64,000 bases of DNA. It comes from Chlorokybus atmophyticus (taxonomy: Eukaryota; Plantae; Mesostigma and Chlorokybus algae). Positions 49,714 through 63,095 of the stretch are shown in pieces. The DNA is taken from the NCBI GenBank assembly GCA_009103225.1, contig RHPI01001715.1, positions 1,144,011 through 1,208,010 of the forward strand. The letters are read 5' to 3'. The translations under genes and the position numbers were made by a program. The first letter of the stretch is position 1. The number at the start of each line of letters is the position of its first letter. Under the pieces are notes generated by a model. It saw only the letters and a list, made by a program, of their open reading frames with translations. It had not been told where the DNA came from and made no database searches.

Positions 49714-52700
49714 ATGGCGGCGGCATGGTTGCTTCTTCTGGCGCTTCTAGTTGCGTGCGCCTCCGCCCTCACTGTGGACGAGTTGTACCCCTTTGGTGCT
49801 GTCAACGGCGACACAACAATGAACAGGTATGTTGTCAATCCAAGTGCAGTATGGTTTGATTTCAAGTGCAGTGCATGATCGTGCGTTTTGCACACGATCA
49901 TCAACAATGTCGCTCGTGTTGGCAAAATACGAATGTCGTTTGTCATCACATAGCTAGCTGGCATTGGTGTCAGAGACAGATATAGTCCTCCACCCGGCCA
50001 GTCCAACATGAGCATGCATGTGTCAACTGTGCATGATGTGTTTATGTTACAAATGGCATGCACCAGAGTGTCCGAGCATGTGACACTTGTCTGTATGAAA
50101 CCAGGTGCTACTCATGTGCGTCTGACATGATCCGTCTGCCATTCGCGGTGCCGGTGTTTGGAGTTGCAAGCGTGCGCGGCGTCTACATCAACAGCAACGG
50201 CAAGCATGTGACCTGCCCTATATGCATTGCGGAGCATGGTGCTGTGAAATACCTAACACAAAACAGTGCATGGCAGCTGAACGTGCTGTGAGCCTTTGCA
50301 TACTTACGACTCATCTTGGTACACTTGTGGTCTGTGTCTTTTAGGGGCGGTGCATTTCCGCCAACCGTACAGCCAGGGTTCTCCTGCAAAGTTCCCCTTG
50401 CAAGCCCCTTACTACAGCATGGTGGCAGGCTTTTGGGCAAGGCTCTGGAACGTGTGCCCAAACTGCGGGGAAACCACATACCGCACGGTCGACGACACAG
50501 CCGTCCTTGCTGGCATCAGCGCCGATGTCCGTGCAGCCTTTCCTACCGAACAACTTGCAACCGGCTTCATCGCATTAACAGCCTTCATCGTCACTTGGAA
50601 CACGGTGTGTGCATGTGTGCGTGCGTATGTGCACGTCCGATGTTGCTGTAACAACACCTCGTTTCGTGAACAGACTGCGCGTTGCTGTATGGCGACAGAT
50701 GAAGCCGAGACCTTCCAGACTGTCATTGCTTTCAACATCGACACGACCTTCATCTTCTTACTGTACGCCAATGATAGACCCCAAACTACTTTTCTTAGCA
50801 ACTTTGGTAAATGGCCACTGCACGCCTCCAGCTCTTGACCCTCTTGCACAAATTGGTGCGTGCACAATCTGACCATGAGGGGTTATTCATGTGCTTTGCA
50901 CAGCTCAAGCGGGATTCAATGCCGGGGATGGGGTCCGCGGCTACAACCTGCCCGGCTCCCGCACCGCTGCGATCGGCAATGCATCCAGACTGAGTTCAAA
51001 CATTGGGCAGGTGGGCACAACTGCCATCCGGATGCCTCCGTCATCCGGATGGCAGCGATGTTGAGCATTGCATACATGCATGCGCCCGCACTGACTGCAA
51101 TCAAGCACGCTTGCACATGCTCGTACATGTACCCACATCTGCACTATGCAATTGCATGCGCACATATGTATGCCCTCACGCACGCGCGCATGCATGCAGA
51201 CACGTGCATGTGCGCGCATGTGTCCTGAGCATCTATAAACATGTGTCCTGAGCAGAGGCTTGGCAGTCTCACTACTAGTTTCGTGCCTCTGCAGCCTGGC
51301 AAGTGGTGCTTTGGACTGAATGCTTTCCAAACGCTCAGCGGAGTCCCATAGTAAGTAACAGCTATCCGTCTGGCATCAGTGACACAGCGGGTATGCGTCT
51401 CGACGCTTGCGGCAATACGAGAGTTTTCAAATGGGATGTTAATGGCGACGGCGCCTTTGACGATGCCGATGGGACCCTGACAATTCTTGACAACTCTGTC
51501 CAGCGCCTGCCTGTTGGCGTGCATACAACAAGCGTTCAAGTCAGCAGCCCCTCCTGTCCGGCATCTCCTCCTGAAGTGCGCAGCACCACTCTCAACGTCA
51601 TCACTACACCACCTGTCATCAACAGCGTGCGTGTATCCACACTAAGCGGCGGGCCCAACACCACAGTGGGAGTTGATATTCCTGTGTCTACGCGAGTAGC
51701 CCTTCAGGAATGCTTTCCTTTTACCCAAACCGTGGACTGCGGCCTGGACAATGTCGCGAGGGTGTGCTTTGGTTGCCCGTTAAACTTAGCTTGCTCATCG
51801 TGTGTCATATCCACTAACAACTTGTGCACGCACGTGTACATGAGCTTGATTGTGCTTGACTCTTGCAATGACAGGACACTGAGCCAGACTGGATCTGTCA
51901 ATACAGCAGCATCGGAGTGAAAGTGATTACGGTGACGGTGAGGCAATTTGACTTCGTGGTGTCCCACAGCATCACCATCACCATCTTTGGTTTCTCGTAA
52001 GTGTACAGAACAGAGTTTGCCTATGCACTGCGCGCATCCATAGTGAGCTGAGATCATGGTGCGTGTTTCAGCATAGGAGGGCCGTATGATGCGGACATAT
52101 GCCAGACCATCCGACTGAATGCTTCCCCGAGCCTGGATGCATGCCGCCTGCAGCAGTTACTGGCTTGGGACCTGGACAATGATGGCAAGTTTTATGACGC
52201 TACCGGGCAGAATCCCAGCTTCAATGCATACAAACAGGGCCTTGGCCCGGGGATCCACACAGTAAGCGTCCGCGCCAGCAGCAGCAGGAGGTGCTCGGAT
52301 AATCATGAGAAGTTGAGCACCACCGTCAATGTCACCATCGCGCCCCTAGCCATCCGCAGCTTGACGACACATCCGACCCCGAGCGGCAACAAGGTTGCAA
52401 GTGTCGCAGAGGATATCATCGTGAGGGTGCAGCGCTCCGGCGCAAGCTGCGCGCCTGTCAATCTTACAATAGACTGCGGTCCAGACAGCGTGGTGAGTAG
52501 CGCACTTGCATGAGCGCGTGTTAGCGTGCGCGCACTCGTACAGCCAGTGGCATGTTCGTGTTTGGCGAAGTTCAACTTTAAAACAGAGTCTTAAATAGTG
52601 TTGTGTCCATGCACTTGGATTGTCTCAGAGTGCTGCGATGGGATACTGTCGCTACAACAGCGCTGGCATCAAGACGATCACCGCCACAGTTGTGCAGTAT

Positions 52701-55151
52701 GGCGCCACAGCGTCCCGCTCACTCAACATTACGGTCACAACTTTCTAGTGAGTGCAACTAACTAGACCTGTTTTGTCGGGCTTGCGCATGCAGTGCACTT
52801 ACCGCTTGTGTGCGTGTGTGTGCGCGTGATTGCAAACCTGTACGAGCAGCATGGGAGGGCCGTATAGCGTCACCCCGTGCTCCAGCCTTTTTCTTGCAGC
52901 TCCCACTACAATTGACGCATGCGGGGGAATTCGTCAACTTGTATGGGACTTCAATGACGACGGTTCGTTTTCCGACGCCGCAGGGAGCACACCTTACCTC
53001 TCCACGGGAGACTTCCAATTGGCGCCCGGTGTCCACCCCGTTCGCGTACAATCCAGCAGCAGCCCAGCCTGCCCCGCCTCGCCAACTGAAATGCACACAG
53101 TCAATATGACTATCACTGCGGGTGTCAAGCTTGCCATCAATGGCATATCCACACACCCAGCGGGCAACATCCCAGTCGCAACAACTGGATCCGACATCGC
53201 AATTGTTGTCACAAGACAGGATATACACTGCCTGCCTTGGACCGTCACTCTTGACTGCGGCGCAGGCAGCGTGGTGAGTTGCATGCGTGTTGTTGCTGCA
53301 TGTTACGCTGTACCCATGGACCTTTGCTGACTGTGCGCACGTCTGTGTGCACAGAGCACTGCATATTTATGCCGATACAATACTCCAGGAGAGAAAGTCA
53401 TCTCTGCAACCTTGACGCAGAACGGTGTCTCTGTCTCGCGCTCTCGCAACCTTACAGTTGCTGCCTACTAGTGAGTGCGACCCCACATGCATGCGTTGTT
53501 GCTGTTGTTGTTGTTGTTGTTGTTAGCGTCATTGTGCTTGCGATCAAATGCTCATCCCAAGTATGCAGCATCGGGGGGCCGCACTCAACTTACCTGTGCG
53601 GGAGTGTCAATGTGTTTGCTGACGGTGGTGCCGACGAGTGTGGCAAAGCCCGAACCCTGGCCTGGGACTTGAACAACGACGGTCAGTTTGACGATGCGAA
53701 GGGGTCGAAAGCCCTGTTCGATGCAGCCGCTCTGCACCTCCCCCCAGGGTTGTACCCAATAAGAGTGCAAGCCAGCAGCAGCGACCCCGCCTCCTGCCCC
53801 AACGCGGTCCCTCTCGTTCTCATCACCAACGTCACCATTACCGGCAGCATACCACCCCCAATAATCTACTCCATGAGCGCGTGTACCAGCAAGTGGCAAC
53901 GCAAGAGCCGATACTGGAGAGGCTATTGAAATCACCACACAGTTATCATTGGTTTACTGCCTCCCGTATAACCTGACTATCAACTGCGGTCCAGACCACG
54001 TGGTGAGCGCACACGCACGTGTGTACGCTGGTGCGTTGTCTCCCTCATACTGTGACACTCTGGTGCTTGCAACAGGGCAATAACACAAGCCAATGCCAAT
54101 ACATCACTGGTGGAATGAAGCTTATCACAGTAACGCTTTCACAGGAAGACGTTGAGGTGTCCATCAGCCTCAATGTGACAGTGATTACCACACCGCCATC
54201 CTGCACAACGTAAGTGTGTGTATACAGCCATGCACACGCATGCTCTCACATTAACATCACTCTCGACCGCATGACGGACAGGGCGGCATTTCCGAAGGGA
54301 AGAGTGCGTGGGAAGCACGGCTGTTCCAGCTCTCAATGGCAGCAGCTCGTAGGATGCTACCATCCTGACAACATCAAGCCTTACACCAAGCTCTATGATG
54401 CTTTTGCTAGCCGCGCGAGCTACGACGCACAGGTACAGACGCTTTATTTATTCTTCTTTCTTGCGGTTAAAGTCACTTGCTAGCGCCATGCTTGCAGTAC
54501 ACATGTTGAAGTGGCTTGTGTGCAGCTGATTCAGCGCTACTTTGGCAACCGTACCATTGCCCAAGCCCTGGGCGCCCCATTGCGTCAGGTATGTGTGTTC
54601 TTTGCCGTAAATGCGTGTGTGTAAAACCACGTCCTTGAAATGCGCACAGGCCTGCCTAAGTGCGCGCGCTTGGGCGCGCATGGGCGCGTGGGCATGCGGG
54701 TGTCAGCCAAGCATTAATACAATTGCCTGCGTGCTGTTGTTACGCATGTCGTGCTCATTGACACTTAGACAACTCAGGTTGACTTGTTGGCACTGGAGGC
54801 CACCGCAGCTCTGCTGAATGCGGAAACGGTGTACTATGCGCAGGTTCAGCTTATATGACGTACTTTGTTGCATGCATTCTCATGTGATGTTGGTTTACGC
54901 GTGTCAATTGAATGTTAATTAATGCTCAGTGTCCCCTTTCGGTCAAGCTCAACTTCCGCCACGGCTTGTACAACGCAAAGAATCGTACAAAAGGTAAGGG
55001 GAATCGGAGACATCACGCATGCATGTGGAATTAACCAAATCGCCCCTTCCTGTGCGCAGTGCAAGGAGTCTTAGATAAGTTCTACTATCAAAATGTTGCG
55101 GCGCGGGCTGGGTGCCCTAGCTCCGACGACTTTGACAACCATTGCCAATGA
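49714..55151 (+). CDS. Secreted ~1110-aa protein: signal peptide, NIDO domain, four PKD/Ig-like double repeats, C-terminal domain; 19 exons, two frame disruptions (possible recent pseudogene)
   Basis: Exons 49714-49826, 50105-50199, 50345-50604, 50674-50806, 50904-51010, 51295-51350, 51380-51755, 51875-51996, 52072-52492, 52629-52747, 52850-53273, 53355-53470, 53569-54002, 54076-54209, 54282-54432, 54526-54588, 54769-54843, 54948-54993, 55060-55151. NIDO motifs LYPFG..D, YINSNG, VTW, ETFQ, AQAGFNAGDG..LPGS..SNIG.PGKW.F. Confidence 0.82.
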
Positions 55152-57149
55152 ATTGAATCATCCACCCCTTTTTTAGTATGATGTGCAAAGCGTGTCATGT
55201 GAATGCGTGTGCCCACGCTTGTGTTGTTGCGTCAACGGGTCATCCGCCTAAAGGCAACGTGGTTGTGCTTGGTTGGTATTTTGTTTACCAGCTAGTGCCA
55301 CTATGAACATTGCATGGACTTATAAAGAGTCCATGCTGTGTGATAATTTGGTTTGATGTATAACCAACAATAGCGCTGCGGTAAAGCATCTGATCTTGGA
55401 GGTGTCACAACAAGTCAACATCATGCAAGCAACTTGGAAAATGGATCAGATTTGCATGAGGGCCAAGAAAGAATTAACTACTTCGCTTAGACAACAGTTC
55501 TAAGACTACTAGCACTAAACTCTCAAGCAGCAACATGAGCAAGCAGTAGGCGAGCGACCAGTGCAGGGACATTGGTATGCGCGAGCCCAACTTCACACAC
55601 ATGTGGATGTTGCTGCTCGCTAGACCAGCTCTTATAGCATAACACATTCCCAACATCAATGTATAAGTTAGCAACAGTTGAGCACCTATGTTCATGCAAT
55701 GTTAATGTGTTGTGTGCTGCGAGCTCTGACGAGAGTATGCATTAGTGAATATGTTAACAACAATGCATCAGCATGATGCTGTGCATTGCATGCTATGATC
55801 TTTGCTTCGATTTGCATATGAGGATATAATGCATGCAAGTGGACCAATGCAACACATGTTAGAGTAAGCCAAGGCACATGGTATGGGCCGGGGGCCATAG
55901 CTCGGGGGAGAGGAAGAGAGACGGCACGCACCCGCGGAGCGCAGTGCGCAGCGTGTCAGCCAACAACTGGAGGTTGAGAAAAATCTTGGTGCTGCAGCCG
56001 ACGCGCGCACTTTTCTAGGTTTTTACAAGTCAATGCTAATGTAATGCTAGAATAACATGCTGTAACAACATAGCACAAGCATATGAAAAACTAGAACAGC
56101 CTAACCTACGTGGCACCCAAGGCAACACATGACACAAATAACAATAGGCAACTATGTACATAACTTTCGCAAGAGTTGCTAACAGCAAACTCTTCAAGAA
56201 GAAGCGGGACATACAAAGCGCACGCTCACTCATGTGCACAACTAACAACAATTGCAACAATCAAATTGGGGCCAAGTAGAGCTTTAATTTAACTAGGCCA
56301 ACGGACACTATGACCTCAAGGCAACCGCAGCAAGGCACATCAACGGTAGGGCAATGGTAGAAGCCGGCAGGCAGATAGCAAGGGACGAGGCACCACCTGC
56401 AGAGCGCAAGAGAGGAAAGAGGTGCGGTTGGGCTTGAGTCTAGCAGCGGTACCATCTACTACAGCGTTGACTTGACGACTGCTTCGCCTGCAGCGTCTAG
56501 CAGCGCCGTCAGATGAAGTAGCGTCCACGGTTGTTACCACGCAGGCTACTTTCTGGTTTGCTGTTGCAGGCAAAGCCCCAAGTCAAGTTAAATTGCTCGC
56601 GCAGTCAATTGTACAATCAGCCCACCCATAGCATAGCATCTGAAGTAGCACCAATCAGGCATGAATTATAAGCAACAGCCACAGCACAGCATGCTGCTTA
56701 CATGGCACAACCTGCATCATCATTTAGCTCCAATTGAAACACTAAGCAGACCCTGATTTACATGTGGGCAGTTGCCTGCTCCCCACACTCAGTTATCTTC
56801 ACCTTACATGTAGTCACCTATTTATTGAAATAGTTGGTGCTTGTAGCTTGTTGCAAACCAGTTGGCACTACTTGTACAAGGCATTATACACCATTCTGCG
56901 CTGTGCATGCATCCACTTGCAAAGCTGAGACAACAGTGTCTTCCTGGGAAATCCCTCTCACTGCATTGCTTTTGGTAGGTTAGTCATTTTCAGCACAAAA
57001 TGAGAGCGGTATGTGCTCAATCTAAAGAACCTCACACACACTGCAAAATAACCACACCCAGCTTGGCTTGTTTGAAAATGTCAGTACCGGGTGTGGCGCT
57101 AGCCTTCTTGCAATATTCAAAAATTGCAATTCATTCAAGTTGCAATACA

Positions 57150-59090
57150 CGCTCGAGCATAGACCAATGTCACGCATTAAAATAAAGGCATGTTCAAGAA
57201 ATGATCCATGGGCCCCAGTGCGAACTGTGTTAATGTAAAACTTTGTGGTGGGTAGATACCACCACCAACCTCTAATTCACCCGCATACATGATTGTCAAA
57301 GTCTGAGTTGTTCAGCACCAAGACATCATCCACATACCTCATGACGGAGTTGCACTATTGTTGCAGCAGTGTCACGCCTAACAGATAAAGACATAGTTAC
57401 TCTAAGGCTACCATATTGACAGCATGACTTGTGTGGGGGTCTATTCTCTAGAATCTGTACAGTACCTTGGGGATTCACTCATATAGTAAGTCATTGTGCT
57501 CATGAGCCCTTGACAAGATGACTTGTACACTTCACGGATAAGCAGCTGGACAAAGCTGGTTATTCATGTATCACACGATGTGACAAGGGCTCTGAGAGTC
57601 CGGAGATGTGCACGTGAGTATACATGTGCCAGGTGCACATAGTGCTCGCAATTCTTAAAACCTGTGCGGCCAAGAGGTGCAAACATCAAGGTCAGCACGC
57701 GTGACCAAGATACTGGAGTCTCTTAAGCAATTTGTGACCAGATGGGAAGGCAACAAAGGGAAGTGCTTAAGGCTTAATTAGCATGGGGCTGAGGACTTGA
57801 CTTGTTCAATTCGAGTTTTAGTGAGCTCGGCCGGGTGCTGAATCGCTCTATGTATGGGGTGCCTGAATTAGCTGTTAACGGGGCCTTCCTTATTCTTGTA
57901 TAAGGGTGGTGTTGCTGGGAGCTGGCTAAGCGAAGGATTTCTTGGCAATCAAAACGAGCTGACCAGAGCTTGGTCTATTGGTTCAGTTTCTTGTGCATTG
58001 TGCTTGGCAGCATTGTGCATTGATGCAGCTTGTGTAGCTGGCGTGCACTTGCCTTGTGGTGCACGCTTGCATCATTAGGCACTAGCACGCTGTATGTGAA
58101 GACGCGGGTGTGTCACAAGCAGGTCATCATGCCCTTGCGCTTTGAGTTTACGCATAGATGGTAACTCCCTTAAACTGAGATAGCAGTTGGCTACGTAAAT
58201 TCCGCCATGGTTTCCCATTGGGATACCAATGGTTTGCCGATGCAAAACATCTTGTGAAGTGCTAACAAATAAGTCGTTGACTGGGCCATTGGGATGCCAA
58301 CGGCCCAGTCAACGACGGTGCTGCGTGTGTGTGTATGTCTGTCATTGTCCTGCACGCTGTGGTACCCACCGGTGCATTATGGCACAACACCACTAGTAAC
58401 GATCAAATTTAAATGGTGGCGCCTCTATGTCGTGTGGATGCATGTGCAAACAGCACATCATCCACCAGGTTAGACTTGCAGAGCAAGTCTTCATGCGATA
58501 TGTTGATATATACAAGTTGATGAAGCTGTACAATGCCATGCAGACTGGCACCAACTTGTCAGTTAATGGTGTTCCAAAGCTGTAGATTCGCTGGACCTCC
58601 AAAAGGTTATTCAGGATTCAACTGCACGGCACACCTGGCACGTTCACACTGTGGGACCACGATTGATCGAACTTTGTTGAACATCGGTGCAAGCAATTTG
58701 TAAGCCCGCGTCAGCCACACGTTACTATATAATAAAAGAAATGAACGCACCTGCGATGAAGCGTGGCGTGGGTGGTGTTTTGTGGAGCTTCACAGTTATG
58801 TATAGTTGTGGCAACCGCTTGGCAGCATGTGGGGATAAGTGGTACCCCCAAGCTGCCACGTCTTGTTTGTGTCTGTGCAGCTGCGCGAGCAGCTCATGCA
58901 CCAACTCATATGTTGATGTTAGCAATTCAACAGCGATAGATAAAAACTTTTGCACAAAACACCACTGCATTTGTCCACCTCTGTAAAACAAAAAGCATCA
59001 CGTAACTCATGAACCAAATGTCGGTCGGATGTAGTGTAAGTTGGTGGCGTAGTGGATGGCGTCTGAGCTAACACATGAAGCACAGCGGAC
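57150..59090 (-). pseudogene. Second, more decayed Penelope-like RT fragment
   Basis: TEVDKCSG (~58980), LPQLYITVKLHKTPPTPRFIAG (~58780), RQTIGIPMGNHGG (~58220), MRYVDDVL (~57330), GGGIYP (~57255); all parallel the PLE at 8377-11258. Confidence 0.82.
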
Positions 59091-59104
59091 ACTGCTCTAG
59101 ACTT

Positions 59105-61830
59105 TGTCATGCCCATTGTCCTCGCATGCCAACCTTTATCGAGCATGCCTACATCAAGACCCTCGCCCGGCCTACTAGCATAAAGACCCGCGCGCGTCAC
59201 TGAACCGGAAGCTAAATCATGACTCATGACCACCCGTGGCCCACATAGGTTACGCGCGTACCTGTTTAATTGTGAATTCTGTTGTAAGTTGTGTTCTATA
59301 TTAAGTGGGGGGGTCGTTGATGATAGCCTCAATACGAACGTTAGCTTATATTCCAAACAATCATAATTGGACTTGTTTAAGTAGTCACAACATTCACCGG
59401 ATCAGCTGGTGACACTATGAGCGAGAAAGCTAAGAGCTTGTTAAGCGACTTGAACTACAAACCACGCCGTCCCGGTTCCCGGGAATCCTCTCACCGTGTA
59501 GGAGCCTGTGCATGCTCTTGTGCACTATGCTTGTCATTGTTGCGAGCTTGGTGTGCTTGGTTGCGGTGTGCTTGTTGACATTAGGGCACAGCATCCACGT
59601 GTTGCTTGCTCACCTCACTTAACAGTTTAACACATTTCCCACTCATGCAAAGAACTGTGTGAACAGCACCACCTATAGTCGTGGCTTGTCGACTCACAGT
59701 GTCACCCTTTTTGCTCAAGTGAGTGTGGTTGCGTTCTGCATATCAGAAATGCAGCTCTTAGTTGGATACATCTTGGTGCATTGTTCTCACCATTATCACA
59801 TAGTGCGCACAAGCACTAGTGTGTTGAGTGGTAACAGCATTAAGATAGCTTTATAGAGCACAAACACTCCAACCTTCATACACTTTCACCATCGCATTAA
59901 CTGTATGAGCAGGCCCACCCCGTTCTCACCAATAGACGAGGGGGACCTCAGCAGCTGGAGCCCAACCTTTAACCTCACCTACGAGCGAGCAAGTGAAGGA
60001 AGCAGTTACCGTAGCAGCGGAGGCTCTCAGCCCGTCTCCGACTTCACCTCCTCTCACTTCACTCCTCGACAATCAGCTTCTTGACCTCCTTCGCAAATTG
60101 ACGACGAGAGATGGAGCCTTCCAGCTCAACCAACTCCTGCGCTTCTCCCGACGTTCAGGGACCACACCACTTATTGAGTTCAGTATCAAGTTCCACTTTA
60201 AGATGCGACAGCAAGCCTTTAAGAACAAGGATCGGTCAGATGAGGTGTCATTCCATATTATGGCTTAGTATCTGAATCACGAGGCACATGACGTGTGGAA
60301 GACCATTGCTGAGCTGCACAGAGTTAATGGCTATGGGGAGCTGACCAGACCCATAACATCCACGTTAATCTAGCAGCTGCTGCCCAGGCAGCAGTGGTTC
60401 CTCCAACCCGACTCACTGGTCGGGCATTAGCGGCAGCTATGTAACAAGCAGCGAACGAAAAAGCCGAGCTGGTTGTTACCTCCCTAACCCCTGCAGAGAT
60501 TGAGGCCAAGAAGGCCGACGGACGTGTCAGGATACTTGACTGCACCACCGCCATCATTAAGGAGCAGCAAGCTGCAGCTTTAGAGATGGGTGCATCTCCG
60601 CTAGCAACACCGGGGTCACATATTCTAGCAGGAGGCAGTGTCTTTACCCTTGGATCGGTGGCACTGCGCACACCAACTATTACCGCTGAGGCTACCATGT
60701 CTGAATCTCCGCTCAAAGACCTCTACGTCGCACTGCGGCGCACCTTCCCACCACCATCCAACAGCAAGATGGAGGAGTTGAGGTGCTTCCAACAGAAGCC
60801 CAACGAGGACCCTCTTTAGCTGTATTTGCGGCCGGAAGGACTGCTGAATGACACTGACTACAAGATTGTTCTTGAGGAGGCAGCCGCAGTGGTGTGCGCG
60901 GCCGAGTTGGACCCCACCTTTAGTGAGTCGACGCGCTTGCCGCTAAACTGCAACAGGGCCCTCCGCTACACCCTGAAGGAAGCTCTCAGGACTACACAAG
61001 CCATTTACAAAGCGCACGGTGTATGAGAAAGCAGTGTTGAACACCAACTGAAGCGCATCACGGCATATGGCAAGCACAAGTGCAGAGCCCCCTCGGCGAG
61101 ACCGCAGTCGGGATGCTCCAGTCACTCGCAACAAGGATAAATGGTCAGCACATGATGCCCTTGTTGCTCCAGTGCTGTGCTATTGGTGTGGTCGGCATGG
61201 GCACCACAAAAAGAGAGCACCGAAGACTATGGCTACGTTGTGTACACATCTGCGACTACTGCCACAAGATCGGACACTGGAAGTATGATGGCTTAAGTTC
61301 CCCGAGCTTCGGCCCTTTATTAGCTACAACAATAGCAACAACGGTGTTGGCTACCGCGACAACAACAACAACAACGCTGGTGCCTACAACAACAGCAACA
61401 ACGCTGGTGGCTACAACCCCAGCAACAACAACACCGGCGCTTGCAAAGAAGAACCTTGGTATGAAGGGAAGAACCGCCCTTTACAACGCAAATGACCTAA
61501 GGGACAAGTCGTGTTGAAGCTGCTGGTCTCAAAGCACCAGCTAAGATCACCAGCTGTTGACTAAGTGGCAGCCCTGACGCGCATGGCACAGTTGGAAGAA
61601 ACCAAGGAGCAGGCCTATCAAACCTGCTACTCTGTCGCTTGGCACTCATGGCACCAAAGCAGAAGAGGGACACTCCCACGCCATCGCGTGAGCAACCGAA
61701 AAGACGCGAGCAGAGAGAAATTGGCGCATCATCAACAGCGGCATTGTCGGAAGCCACAAGTGGGGCTGCATCCGTCGCAAATATCACACGGTGACTGTTC
61801 AGGGACTGAGGGACTGATGGGTACCTGACC
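59105..61830 (+). mobile_element. 5' fragment of a DNMT/PHD-family Gypsy element (LTR part plus decayed gag)
   Basis: Starts TGTCATGC. 59105-59690 is homologous to the family LTR. ESPLKDLYVALRRTFPP..KPNEDPL, YKIVLEEAAAVV and the knuckles parallel B2 gag. Confidence 0.82.
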
Positions 61831-62914
61831 CCGCCTGACTTAATGGTTTGGTTTATGTAGGGACTTACAGGATGGCCGGTGCTACTCCGCAACATTTAAT
61901 GACGGCCAGCGGTCGATAGCTACACGCGATTAAAGCCTGCCTGTGATGAGAATGTGACGTCACCGCATCATCATATGACGGCAGATCGCCGGTCGTTTGT
62001 TTTGCTCAATAGCGACCTATGTAGCATAGCAGACAATCACCTTTCGGTCATTTTTTGCGACGGTCGGCCGCCGGTCGTTCAATAACCATCTTACCGTATG
62101 CTCGGCGGCTTGCCTACCATGGCAAGCCAGTCACTATCAGTCCCCATTCTGTGACCTGCCCGCTTGTCAAGTAAGTGGCGGCAGACCACCGGTCGTCTGT
62201 TAGTGCGGCGGCAACCTACTGACTATGACAATTACACGACCGCCCGTCCTTTATTGCCGGTGAGCAATGCGGAACGATGCTAATGCAATGATTGTACCAT
62301 ACAACTGGTACGAAAATCCCACTATTACCATAGCACTATCGTACCATTTTCATGGTATCATGGTGCCATTATGACAACGCGTTTGAATCACCTGGGTTGC
62401 CCAAGGTTCAAACGCTCAACGGCTTCAAGCAAGTTGAACAGTTGAGTTGTGCAGCAGCGGCGGCAACGGCAACGGCTAACAGTAAGCAAGTTTGCTTGGT
62501 GCTGTAACGTTGTGTTATGCGCAACAACGCATGCAGCCTAACCGTCCTTCTGATCTCAGGGCGGCTAAGCCAGGCCAGGCCAGGCCAGGCGGCGGCGGCG
62601 GTATATGGCAAGCAACAGAATGTGTATGTAAGTTGTCACACTCTGAGCATTGGTGTGTAAGTTGCTGTTGATGGCGTTGCTGTGATTGACTTGTGCTTAC
62701 AGGAGCGGAGGCGGAGCGCAGGAGCGGCGGCTCGGTATAAGGCCTTGGATTGGGGTGGTAGTAGCAGTAGTAGTAGCAGCAGCAGTAGTAGCCGCTCACA
62801 GTAGTTCATGTTGTAGCATAGTACCAGTATGACTTGCAACACATGTGATATTATAATTTACGATTATTTCATCATCGTTGACGACACTCACGTAAGGTAT
62901 CGAATCATGACTGA

Positions 62915-63095
62915 ACGGTACCCAACCGGTACCTTTGAAGGTACCCTTCAGTAACGGCAGGTACCATAAGATACCTGTTTGTTACAATTAGTTACCGTAC
63001 AATCGCCGGTACCTAGCTATTAGGTACCGGTTAGTTACTTATCAGTTAGGTTAAGTCCCTTTTGCTTGACTGATGGGTATCCTTACAGGTACCTG
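62915..63095. repeat. GGTACC-rich region with a perfect 10-bp hairpin (63006-63030)
   Basis: Seven GGTACC sites in ~180 bp; CCGGTACCTA-GCTAT-TAGGTACCGG. Confidence 0.7.

Noticed and set aside
55860-56580. Possible exons of a third host gene on the minus strand
   Set aside because: Short coding-like stretches with no recognisable domain and no consistent splice model.
58919-59356. ORF listed on the + strand in the supplied track
   Set aside because: The listed peptide is encoded on the minus strand (the plus frame has early stops). It is a chimera of LTR sequence and PLE RT, not a gene.
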